Assembly: GCA_020720785.1 (NCBI GenBank)
Contig: DYOA01000004.1
Location: 21,523 to 85,522, forward strand
Length of the DNA stretch: 64,000 bases
Direction: 5' to 3'
Source of the DNA: Leptospira biflexa
GTDB lineage: Bacteria; Spirochaetota; Leptospiria; Turneriellales; DYLW01
The stretch's first letter is position 1. The number at the start of each line of letters is the position of its first letter. This document shows, piece after piece, positions 38,137 through 46,976 of the stretch. A program made the position numbers and the translations under genes. The notes below the pieces were generated by a model. That model was not told the DNA's origin. It searched no databases and saw only the letters and a list, made by a program, of their open reading frames with translations.

Positions 38137-40118
38137 GCCCGGATTCCCCTGAAACTGACCTCCAGAAAGATGTTAACTCAATAAGGTTAAAAATTTTTCT
38201 GGAGGTTTTTCAGGAGGAATATGGTCATAATATACTTTCAGAAGATATTGAAAATTTTTCCTCACAATATAAAAAACTCCTGCGTGATATTAAAGATGCA
38301 AAATGGATCCAATCAGAAACCGAGCTGTCCATTATCTCTTATTTTTGCAATAAATTTAATAATTGGGAAATAATCCGTAAAGTGGGGAAAGACTGTCTCT
38401 CTACTGCCTTTGAGTATCTCCTCCCTGCCCTCCCCCCCCGGATCACAAATACGGAAATTATCTACAGAATTCCCAATGCACTTTCCCTTTTCCTGACATA
38501 CATCAATATCAGAATAGAAAAAAAGGAAACGGATGTGTACTGGATTTATTTAAACCATACAAATCCGCAAGGCTGGAACCCGGCGGATATATATTTTCTG
38601 GAAGGTGTTGTAACCCGCCTGTTTGAATCCCTGAAAAGCGGACCAATTCTCTTAAAAATGGAAAAATGCCCTGAAACGGTGATCCCATATCTGGTTAAAG
38701 GGGATATCATAAATTCGGAAAACCCCGCAGAATGTGCTCTGAGGTTATCCATACCTCCGGATAGCCAGGCCGGTCCTTCGGATAATCATGCCTTCAGCAC
38801 CTATGATGCCTATATTTCATCGGTCCTGAACCGCTCTTCCCAGCTTTTGCAGGATAAAAAAGAGCTTCTGACCGCCGTGGAATATCTCCAACTGGCCAAT
38901 GACAAACTGGAGAATGAGTTGATTTCCAACAAAAAAGAACTCCAGATGGCACGCAGTATCCAGAAAGGGTTTGTCCCCAAACGTATTCCAGACTGGAAAG
39001 GGCTTCAATTCTGGATTAAATTCTATCCCCTTCAGGAAGTGAGCGGAGATTTTTATGATTACATCCAACATGAAGGCGATAAAATCGGGATTCTGGTCGC
39101 GGATGTTTCCGGGCATGGAGTGCCGGCAGCCCTGATCAGTGCAATCGCCAAACTTTCCTTTCAGAATCATGTCTTATCCTCCCCGTCCGAAGTATTTTCC
39201 AAAGTCAACCTGGACATCCTGCGATATGTGAAACGGGAGGGTTATATTACCGGCACCTATTTTATTGTGGATAATCATTATAACATTACGTATAGCCTGG
39301 CAGGTTCGCCACGTCCCTTTTTATACCGGAAAAAATCGGATGAGGTGATCCGGTTGCCTGGTAGCGGTACCATTCTGGGAATGTTTCCGGATGCCAATGA
39401 GCTTTACATGGACCAGCGGACGCACATGGAACCGGGAGACAAACTTTTTTTATTCACAGATGGCCTGGTGGAAGCCATTAATTCCCAGAATGAAATCATG
39501 GGGGACGAGAAACTCATTGAGTATATCCAGGAAACATCCGGAATGGACATCCAGGACACTTCCAACCACATCATGAAAAGGTACCATGAATACCTTCTGG
39601 GCTCCGAACCCCATGACGATCTGACATTTCTTACAATCATGGCCAGTGAACGAATCGGGGAATTTGATCAATTAATGAAAGAAACCAGAGAATTTATCCG
39701 GAAAAAGGATTATGAAAAAACGATCCATTCCCTGCGGGAAGCGGTGGCTATTTTTCCCCAGAATGCGTCCACACTTTTCCTCCTGGGGAAGTTCCTTGTT
39801 TTATTCGGCAAGCACGATGAAGCAATGAAAATTCTGACCGAGTATAATTATCTCCAACCCTATAATGCGGACGCATATACCCTTCTGGCACAATGCCATT
39901 ACAAACAGGAAAACTACCGGATGGCCCTGGATGACATAAAAAGATCTCTGAGCCTGAGATCAGATAATCCCAACGCCATGTATCTGATGGTAAAAATCTA
40001 TTCTGCCCTGGGTGACCATAACTCCGCTTTCACCACTTTTACTGCTCTGGAGTTTTTAAAGCCGGGCCATAGAAAAATACTTGAACTAAGAGAAAAATTT
40101 TTCGAAGAGAGTCCATGA
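38133..40118 (+). CDS. PP2C/SpoIIE-family serine phosphatase with C-terminal TPR domain
   Basis: It has 'SGDFYDYIQ...ADVSGHGVPAALISA...FTDGLVEA...PHDDLTFL' followed by TPR-like repeats. An ATGA overlap joins it to the upstream gene. Confidence 0.88.
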   Translation: MSPDSPETDLQKDVNSIRLKIFLEVFQEEYGHNILSEDIENFSSQYKKLLRDIKDAKWIQSETELSIISYFCNKFNNWEIIRKVGKDCLSTAFEYLLPALPPRITNTEIIYRIPNALSLFLTYINIRIEKKETDVYWIYLNHTNPQGWNPADIYFLEGVVTRLFESLKSGPILLKMEKCPETVIPYLVKGDIINSENPAECALRLSIPPDSQAGPSDNHAFSTYDAYISSVLNRSSQLLQDKKELLTAVEYLQLANDKLENELISNKKELQMARSIQKGFVPKRIPDWKGLQFWIKFYPLQEVSGDFYDYIQHEGDKIGILVADVSGHGVPAALISAIAKLSFQNHVLSSPSEVFSKVNLDILRYVKREGYITGTYFIVDNHYNITYSLAGSPRPFLYRKKSDEVIRLPGSGTILGMFPDANELYMDQRTHMEPGDKLFLFTDGLVEAINSQNEIMGDEKLIEYIQETSGMDIQDTSNHIMKRYHEYLLGSEPHDDLTFLTIMASERIGEFDQLMKETREFIRKKDYEKTIHSLREAVAIFPQNASTLFLLGKFLVLFGKHDEAMKILTEYNYLQPYNADAYTLLAQCHYKQENYRMALDDIKRSLSLRSDNPNAMYLMVKIYSALGDHNSAFTTFTALEFLKPGHRKILELREKFFEESP

Positions 40119-40966
40119 AAGAATTTATTATTCAGCTTTTCTCCGGACGGAATTCCACTTTTATGCAGGTCCTGTATTCCATTTTAATAATCATGGTCTT
40201 TCTTTTGATGGGGAAAATAATTAATAGAATTTTCCTGAAAAGAATCAACGGCGTTTTATACCGTATTTTATGGAAGAGAATTTTATCCTATTTTCTGTTT
40301 ATCCTTCTCCTTTTGTTTCTGATTCCCTATTGGCTGCCCTCCCTCCGGACATTTTCTGCCTTTCTGGGGTTAATCGGCACTGGTATTCTTCTGGTGAACA
40401 AGGAAATCATCATGAATATGACCGGATGGATGTATATTGTCATCCGCCAACCGTTTAAAATAGCCAATAGAATCCAGATTGGGGAATTTAACGGAGATGT
40501 CATCGATATCCGTATACTGGAAACAACCATTATGGAAGCCCGCAAAAGAGAAAAGGGCGGGAATTCCACGGGAAGGGTTCTGCATATCCCCAATATGCTT
40601 TTTTTAACCATGCCGATGGCAAATTCCAGCAAAGAATTTATGTTTAACTGGAATGAGCTGGAAATCCATCTCAATCCGGATTCCAACTGGAAAAAAGCTA
40701 AAAATATTCTGCAGAAAATTGCCGATAATCACATTGAAAAACTATCCATGACATCAAATAAATTAAAGAATTTTCACAGTGAATATGCCATGTTCCTGGA
40801 TAATGTCCGTTCTGAAATATATGTGGAGATGCGTGAAGATCATATTGTTTTAATTCTCCGTTATCTCATTGAACCCCGCAATGCGGGAAAAATAAACAGC
40901 TATCTTTGGGAGAATATACTCGATAGCTTTCATGGTCACAAAGACATTATATTTTACAGGAAATAA
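40115..40966 (+). CDS. small-conductance mechanosensitive channel (MscS family)
   Basis: The 283-aa ORF has 3 TM segments followed by 'FKIANRIQIGEFNGDVIDIRILETTIME...GRVLHIPN', which matches the MscS beta-domain pattern. An ATGA overlap joins it to the upstream gene. Confidence 0.85.
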   Translation: MKEFIIQLFSGRNSTFMQVLYSILIIMVFLLMGKIINRIFLKRINGVLYRILWKRILSYFLFILLLLFLIPYWLPSLRTFSAFLGLIGTGILLVNKEIIMNMTGWMYIVIRQPFKIANRIQIGEFNGDVIDIRILETTIMEARKREKGGNSTGRVLHIPNMLFLTMPMANSSKEFMFNWNELEIHLNPDSNWKKAKNILQKIADNHIEKLSMTSNKLKNFHSEYAMFLDNVRSEIYVEMREDHIVLILRYLIEPRNAGKINSYLWENILDSFHGHKDIIFYRK

Positions 40967-40968
40967 TC

Positions 40969-42954
40969 ATGAATAAATTAAAGAAAATGCTCCTGTCCAT
41001 GGAACTGGAAGAAGAAATGCGGGAAGATTCTGACGATGAAGTTATTATTCTCAGTGATAATCTTCAGGAAGCACTGGAAGTGGGCTCCAAGGAATTAAAT
41101 ACGGATATCGCTGGCCTGGACTATGAAATAATGGAGAAAGGGCATCCCGGCATTTTTGGATGGGGTAGAATTCCCTATAAAATCCATATCCGTCGAATGG
41201 TAGAAGACAACCGCTGGAAAGATCTGGATGATCTCCATGTTTCGCTGGATTACGGTTCGTCCTCCGGCTCTTACGATGAAAACGCAAAGATAGCCATTAA
41301 TGGTGATGCAAAAATACGGATTTATAAACAGGGAGTATTTCTAAAAATCCTCAACCCACGGGGTGACGGCAAAAAAATTCCGGTGGAAAGAGTCATGGAA
41401 AAAATCATCCGTGCCGGTGTTCTTAACTATGAAAAGAGCATTGTGGAAAAGGAAGTTAAACACCCTTCTGAAAATTATATCAAAATCGGGCCTTGGGTTC
41501 CCAAACCGGAGGCAGATTCCACTCTGGCGGTGGAAGTTTCACCGGATGAGATGAAAGCATTTATTACCATATCCTCTCCCCGCCCGGGGGGCAAACATTT
41601 GACATTTAAGGACATAAAAGCAGCCCTGAACGCCTCCAATGTGGTGGATGAAATTATGGAAGAGGATATTGAGGATGCTCTGGAGAATGAAAAATATTCC
41701 CAAACCATTGTGGCGGCATCCGGTATCCGTCCCCAGAATGGCTCCGATGGTTTTATTGATTATAAGGTGAGGATTGATAAAACCATTGAATTCAAGGAAG
41801 ATGAGAGAACCGGAAAGGTGGACTTCCTGAAAAAAGATCTGGTGGAAAATGTGGTTCAGGGACAGATTCTGGCTGAACTCATGCCGGCGGAAAAAGGTGT
41901 GGAGGGACATACCGTCACAGGAAAAATTATGCCAGCCAAAGACGGTGCCCCCACTACGCTGAAGCCAGGAAAAGGAACTCTGGTTTCCGAGGACGGTAAA
42001 ACCCTCCAGGCCGAGATCAACGGACAGGTGGTATTCATTGCCGGAAAGATCAATGTGGAAGAAGTGTACACCGTGGGCGGAGACGTGGGTCTGGAAACCG
42101 GAAATCTCATGTTCATCGGCTCCATTAATATCCGGGGCAGCGTGGATGACAATATGAATGTGAAAGCCGCCGGAAATATCACCGTGGGCGGTAACGTCCA
42201 GAAATCCCTGATTGAAGCGGAAGGCGATATTATTGTCAAACAGGGTATTCTGGGAAGAGACGGAGCCCATATTGAATCCACATCAGGCTCTTTGTTTGCA
42301 AAATTTATCCAGAACGCCACCATCAGCGTGGATAAAGATGTTGTCGTGGAAGAAGCAATTATGCACTCCAAAATTGACGCAGGCAGGAAGGTCATTGCAA
42401 ACGGAAGGAGAGCCCAGATTGTGGGGGGAGAAGTCATGGTGGGGGAAGAAATCCGGGTAAAACAATTAGGGGCACAGGCTTCCACTCCAACCATGATAGT
42501 GGTGGGAACCAATCCCAAAATACTCCAGCAGATAAATTCCTTGAGCGAAATTGAAAAAGACGCTGTCACCAAATTACAAAAAGTGGAAAAAAACATTAAA
42601 ACCCTTTACCAGCAAAAGGAAACCCAACCGGAGACATTCAATTCAGAAAAAGAGGAGATCCTGGCAAAGCAGCTTTCTTTCCAGGATACCATCACGGAAA
42701 GAGTCCAGGATGTCCAGAATGAGAAACTGCAGCTTTCTGAATATCTGGAAGTCCTTTCTGCCGGAGGAAAGGTGCATGTGGAAAAAACCCTATTTCCCGG
42801 TGTCACCATTGAAATCAACGGAGCCAAGTTTGAGGTAAAAGATGAATACAACCATGTTACCCTGATGGAAGAAAATGGAAATATCAAAATTGTTCCTTAC
42901 CAGGAAGACGCAAATGAAGTAAAAGACTGGAGAAAATCAAGGAGGAAGAGATGA
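40969..42954 (+). CDS. fapA: flagellar assembly protein A (FapA, DUF342 family)
   Basis: The 661-aa ORF has repetitive beta-helix-like segments ('GDVGLETGNLMFIGSINIRGSVDDNMNVKAAGNITVGGNV') and a C-terminal coiled coil, typical of DUF342/FapA. Confidence 0.82.
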   Translation: MNKLKKMLLSMELEEEMREDSDDEVIILSDNLQEALEVGSKELNTDIAGLDYEIMEKGHPGIFGWGRIPYKIHIRRMVEDNRWKDLDDLHVSLDYGSSSGSYDENAKIAINGDAKIRIYKQGVFLKILNPRGDGKKIPVERVMEKIIRAGVLNYEKSIVEKEVKHPSENYIKIGPWVPKPEADSTLAVEVSPDEMKAFITISSPRPGGKHLTFKDIKAALNASNVVDEIMEEDIEDALENEKYSQTIVAASGIRPQNGSDGFIDYKVRIDKTIEFKEDERTGKVDFLKKDLVENVVQGQILAELMPAEKGVEGHTVTGKIMPAKDGAPTTLKPGKGTLVSEDGKTLQAEINGQVVFIAGKINVEEVYTVGGDVGLETGNLMFIGSINIRGSVDDNMNVKAAGNITVGGNVQKSLIEAEGDIIVKQGILGRDGAHIESTSGSLFAKFIQNATISVDKDVVVEEAIMHSKIDAGRKVIANGRRAQIVGGEVMVGEEIRVKQLGAQASTPTMIVVGTNPKILQQINSLSEIEKDAVTKLQKVEKNIKTLYQQKETQPETFNSEKEEILAKQLSFQDTITERVQDVQNEKLQLSEYLEVLSAGGKVHVEKTLFPGVTIEINGAKFEVKDEYNHVTLMEENGNIKIVPYQEDANEVKDWRKSRRKR

Positions 42955-43265
42955 AACCCCTGGACCTGCAGGTAAATATGAACTCCCTCCTGAGATACTC
43001 TCAGGATCAGGGAGTGGAGAATATTCGCGGAGTTGTCCACCAGATGGAGATAGATGAAAAAGCCATTCTGGATGCCCGAAAAGCAAATGAAAAAATTAAT
43101 GAAAATGAGGAATCAGAAAAATCTCTCTGGGATAAAGACCATTCGGACAATATGCATAAAAAGAATAAAAATAATTCCCGTGGGCATTCTTCCTCATCCG
43201 GAGACGTGGATAAAGAAACCGGGGATTCCAACGGTAAAACCGGTCACCGGGATTTTTTTGCCTGA
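42951..43265 (+). CDS. small highly charged hypothetical protein
   Basis: The 104-aa ORF has a strong AAGGAGG 5-6 nt upstream and an ATGA overlap with the fapA stop. Its C-terminal half is low-complexity and rich in Lys, Asn, Ser and Asp. Confidence 0.6.
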   Translation: MKPLDLQVNMNSLLRYSQDQGVENIRGVVHQMEIDEKAILDARKANEKINENEESEKSLWDKDHSDNMHKKNKNNSRGHSSSSGDVDKETGDSNGKTGHRDFFA

Positions 43266-44635
43266 AAATTATTCCGGGCATATTGCAGCAGAAATTCAGT
43301 ATCATTTTTCTCCGGATGGTTCATCACAAAATCCAGTGCGTTCTGTAAAATCATTCCAATTTCTTTGCCCTCCCATCCCTGCATCCTGAGATCATTTCCA
43401 TCCAAAGCCAGATGCTTCATCAGATAGGGCTCATTTTTCTGTTTAATCACTTTATATTTCTGCAATACCATTTTGAAAAATATTTTTAGGGCAATTCCTC
43501 GTTTGTCCTCCGGCAAGTCCAATGGGAAAACGGAAGGATAATAACGCAGCCAGAAACGCACATAGATCCGACCTTCTTTTGATTCCATCAGATACATATT
43601 TTTTTTCAGAAGTAAGACCATATCTGTGTCCATGGATAATTTCTCAGGAGGATTATCGCTGATATAATCCATCCATTTTTTATCCGGTGGATATCTCAGA
43701 ATGAGCTCTACGGTTTTGGAAACAAACGCCGATGTTTTATGCCGGGCCAGGTATTTTTTTATTTCCGGGTATGGGATTAAATACGCGGCATATTCATGAT
43801 AATACAGAAGTGAATAAAAATAGACCAGCCTTTTTCCCGGAATAATCCGGATATCCTCCAGAAAAACCGGCCAGGATGCATAAATTCTTTCCAGTTCCGG
43901 AAAGAAAATCCGCAGAATTCCGGTCTGCCGCATGCACTCCAGAAAATTCCCAAAGTGGGTTGCGTTCATAGCTTTCTGGATTTCATCGCCCACTCGTTCC
44001 GGGGCCACTTTCGCAATCACTTCCAGATTCCGGTTCACCGCCGGAGTGATTCCGGAATCCATCCGTAATCCCAGAGAAGCTGCGAACCGGCATCCCCGGA
44101 TGGGACGCAGCCCATCTTCCCGGAATCTCTCCCTTGCATCCCCAATGGTACGCAGGATTCTGTTATCCAGATCCCCCAACCCGCCAATATAATCGATAAT
44201 TGTCTTTTTTCCCGGATCATAGAGCAGTCCGTTGATGGTGAAATCCCTTCTCTGGACATCCTCCCTGGCGGATTTTCCCCAGATAACGGAGTCAGGATGT
44301 CTTCCATCAGAATACGCGGACTCACTCCGGTATGTGGTGATTTCCACATTTATGCCATTGTGCATCGTAAGAATGGTGCCGAATTTCTCGCCCAGAGGAA
44401 CATGGCGGGGGAACAATTTCTTAATATCCTCCGGGCGGGCATTGGTGGTGACATCCAGATCATGGATTCTTTTTCCGTATGTTAAATCCCGGACAGTCCC
44501 GCCCACAAGAAAGCATTCAAATCCGGCTGAAGTTAATGAATGGTATATTTTTTGGATGACCTGCCCATGACGTTCCGGCATCTGGGAAAGAAGATCCATT
44601 TCTTTTAACAAAGGAGTCATGATCCATGAATCCAT
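43244..44635 (-). CDS. cca: CCA-adding enzyme / poly(A) polymerase-family tRNA nucleotidyltransferase
   Basis: The N-terminus has 'CFLVGGTVRDL...DLDVTT' and 'RDFTINGL', followed by a long C-terminal helical domain. Confidence 0.85.
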   Translation of the reverse strand: MDSWIMTPLLKEMDLLSQMPERHGQVIQKIYHSLTSAGFECFLVGGTVRDLTYGKRIHDLDVTTNARPEDIKKLFPRHVPLGEKFGTILTMHNGINVEITTYRSESAYSDGRHPDSVIWGKSAREDVQRRDFTINGLLYDPGKKTIIDYIGGLGDLDNRILRTIGDARERFREDGLRPIRGCRFAASLGLRMDSGITPAVNRNLEVIAKVAPERVGDEIQKAMNATHFGNFLECMRQTGILRIFFPELERIYASWPVFLEDIRIIPGKRLVYFYSLLYYHEYAAYLIPYPEIKKYLARHKTSAFVSKTVELILRYPPDKKWMDYISDNPPEKLSMDTDMVLLLKKNMYLMESKEGRIYVRFWLRYYPSVFPLDLPEDKRGIALKIFFKMVLQKYKVIKQKNEPYLMKHLALDGNDLRMQGWEGKEIGMILQNALDFVMNHPEKNDTEFLLQYARNNFQAKKSR

Positions 44636-45072
44636 TGCGGGTTGATTCCGGATGCCAGGACGTATAAAACTACATAGCGGAGTGTTTTACCCAGTGCCAG
44701 AAAAAATACAAATTTATGGAACCGGTATCCCACTAATCCCGCTGCTGCGGTCACCGGATCCCCAATTACCGGCAGAAAGGAAAAGAAAATGGCAATGCCG
44801 CCGTATTGATCAATTCTCTGACGGGCTTTTTCCAGCGTTGCATCGCTGAAACCTGTGAAACGGTTTTTCAATAACTGCCGGAATTTTCTGCCCAGAAAAT
44901 AGTTGAAGCCCCCACCCAGAATGTTCCCGGCAGATGCGACCGCCACTATAAATAATCCGGAATACTGTCCATAGTAATCCATAGATGCCAGATAGACAAA
45001 ATATATTTCCGATCCTCCGGGCAGCAGTGTGGCACTCAGAAAAGATAAATAAAATAAATGCAGGCCTCCCAT
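44617..45072 (-). CDS. YqaA/DedA-family membrane protein
   Basis: The 151-aa ORF has 'ATLLPGGSEIYFVYL' and 'LPVIGDPVTAAAG', typical of the YqaA family. It overlaps the cca start by 19 nt. Confidence 0.75.
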   Translation of the reverse strand: MGGLHLFYLSFLSATLLPGGSEIYFVYLASMDYYGQYSGLFIVAVASAGNILGGGFNYFLGRKFRQLLKNRFTGFSDATLEKARQRIDQYGGIAIFFSFLPVIGDPVTAAAGLVGYRFHKFVFFLALGKTLRYVVLYVLASGINPQWIHGS

Positions 45073-45075
45073 TCG

Positions 45076-46182
45076 TCATATCCCCAATCGTCGTTTTTCA
45101 AATCCGGAGTTCACCTTCACCGGCGTCATCCGGGAAGTCTGGTAAACCCGTTGCCATACGTTTTGGGTTTCCATGCACATATAATGGTAAACTCCGGGAA
45201 GATATTTATCCAGATATCCTGCCATTTTTTTATACACCCCCACCCTGATACCGGAAAGGAACCGGTATTTGTAATCCTCTGAAAGCAGCATTTCCCCGGA
45301 GGTTAAAGTACTCTGCGGCTTATGGATTTTCAGGACTTCCCGGAAACCCACAGAATAGCGGAAAACCCCCAGGGAAATCCACCGGATTTTTTCCATATCC
45401 ACCATCCGGGCAATTGTTTGGATAATATCTTCATAATCTTTTTCCCAACCTTCGTAATAAAAAATCGGATCAAAATGAAACCCAAGCTGGAATCCAACCA
45501 TCGAGGTAGCCCGTGCCGCCTCCAGGCGTTCCTCCAGAGAGGAAGCACCGGCTTCGTGTTCGTCCACAATTTTCTGCGGATTCAGCGTCCATGAAATCAC
45601 CACATTGGCCGGATTTTCCCGCAACAGATGATCAACCTCCGCCGATTTGGTTTTCAGCTCCAGAGTCGCGTTGGATTTCATAGTAAAAAAATCTATCAGA
45701 ATGCGGTTGTATCCCAGAATAGGGTCCAAAGCGATGGAATCAATATACTCCCCGGTACCAATGCGGTAATGGAATCCCGGTTTAGACTCCAGGAACCGGT
45801 CCAGCTCCGTAAGAAGATCCTGCACATTGGTATGAGCAGTCATAAACGGATGCTTTGCGTAGGACTGGAGAAAACAATAGGCACAATCAAAAGGACATCC
45901 AATACCAATATTCAGAACATGGTACATACAGCAAACAACCCCTTCCGATCCTGGGCAAGAGGAAAGAAATTTCCCCTTGTAGCGGTGCAGCAGAAGGATG
46001 TCTTTATCATAGTAGGAATATTTGTCCTGGTATTTCCGGATAAACTCAGCATGATCAGGGATATAATGAATTTCGGTATCCATATTATGCTCCCGGACGA
46101 AGTCCAGAACATTCCGAGTAATAGCATCCCCGGCGGAATCTTCTTCAATGAAAATTTTTCTTAACCTGATATGATCCTGCAT
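45076..46182 (-). CDS. spore-photoproduct-lyase-like radical SAM protein
   Basis: The 368-aa ORF has the radical SAM triad 'GCPFDCAYCFLQSY' (CxxxCxxC), preceded by 'SCPGSEGVVCCMYHVLN' as in the SplB family. Confidence 0.75.
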   Translation of the reverse strand: MQDHIRLRKIFIEEDSAGDAITRNVLDFVREHNMDTEIHYIPDHAEFIRKYQDKYSYYDKDILLLHRYKGKFLSSCPGSEGVVCCMYHVLNIGIGCPFDCAYCFLQSYAKHPFMTAHTNVQDLLTELDRFLESKPGFHYRIGTGEYIDSIALDPILGYNRILIDFFTMKSNATLELKTKSAEVDHLLRENPANVVISWTLNPQKIVDEHEAGASSLEERLEAARATSMVGFQLGFHFDPIFYYEGWEKDYEDIIQTIARMVDMEKIRWISLGVFRYSVGFREVLKIHKPQSTLTSGEMLLSEDYKYRFLSGIRVGVYKKMAGYLDKYLPGVYHYMCMETQNVWQRVYQTSRMTPVKVNSGFEKRRLGI

Positions 46183-46188
46183 GAAAAG

Positions 46189-46779
46189 CTATTTCCTGTC
46201 CAGATGTTTTCTGATTTTTCTCTTGATGATGTTCAGCCTGTGATAGAATGTTCCCCTGGAGATACCCAGCTCCAGGCAAATATCCTTTATTTTTTTCCGC
46301 TCATAAAAAAAAGAAAAAACAATAAAATACTCTTTGGATGATAGAGAACTTAATGCCTGGGTGACCATCATTTTATTATCATCTTCATGGCCATCCGTAA
46401 CAGATATTTCTTCCATGGACTTTAATGGTGTCGTTTCCTCCCGGGAGCCTCTGGCCAGCTTCACGGAGGCTTTTTTGGCCTTTCTGTAAAAAATGGTATT
46501 CAACCAGATGGATAGATTTTTCTCCGGATTATAGGATACAAAAAATCGGAATACATCCAGCCAGCCTTCCTGAAGAGTATCCGCCATGACCTCATTCCGG
46601 AAATACAAAATGGGAGCAATGATTTTTACCATCGATGGGTTATGCTCATGATACATTTCCTGGAAAAACGAATCCACGTCCCTGCGTTCCGCATTGGATA
46701 GGGAACTTTTCTTCAGATAAGACTGGATTTCCTGAATTTTTTCTAAATTTTGCGTTCCCATATAAAAAAATCGGACCAC
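46189..46779 (-). CDS. ECF-type RNA polymerase sigma-70 family factor
   Basis: It has region 2-like 'ADTLQEGWLDVFRFF...IWLNTIFYRKAKK' and a region 4 HTH 'IKDICLELGISRGTFYHRLNIIKRKI'. The start is either the GTG at 46779 or the ATG at 46761. Confidence 0.75.
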   Translation of the reverse strand: MVRFFYMGTQNLEKIQEIQSYLKKSSLSNAERRDVDSFFQEMYHEHNPSMVKIIAPILYFRNEVMADTLQEGWLDVFRFFVSYNPEKNLSIWLNTIFYRKAKKASVKLARGSREETTPLKSMEEISVTDGHEDDNKMMVTQALSSLSSKEYFIVFSFFYERKKIKDICLELGISRGTFYHRLNIIKRKIRKHLDRK

Positions 46780-46976
46780 CCTGCCGTACGATATATGAAC
46801 CTCGGGTTAAAGTGGGTTCCACCACCGTCGTAGCTATTTTCAAGGTTTCCCTTTACTTTGGCCACAGCGAAATATCTGGATCCCATATTTTTTATGTTGG
46901 TTCACAAAACCCGTTACGTGCAGCGCAGTGCCGATAATCCAAATACGATATGATTCCCAGAAATTCCAGAATTTTT

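Noticed and set aside
46930-46937. An exact GCCGATAA on the + strand in the sigma/transketolase intergenic region.
   Set aside because: No + strand gene lies downstream, because the next several kb are minus-strand genes. In this CCG-rich sequence the octamer can occur by chance. A related GCCGATAC also occurs at 28204-28211 upstream of leuC, which is not an expected FliA target.
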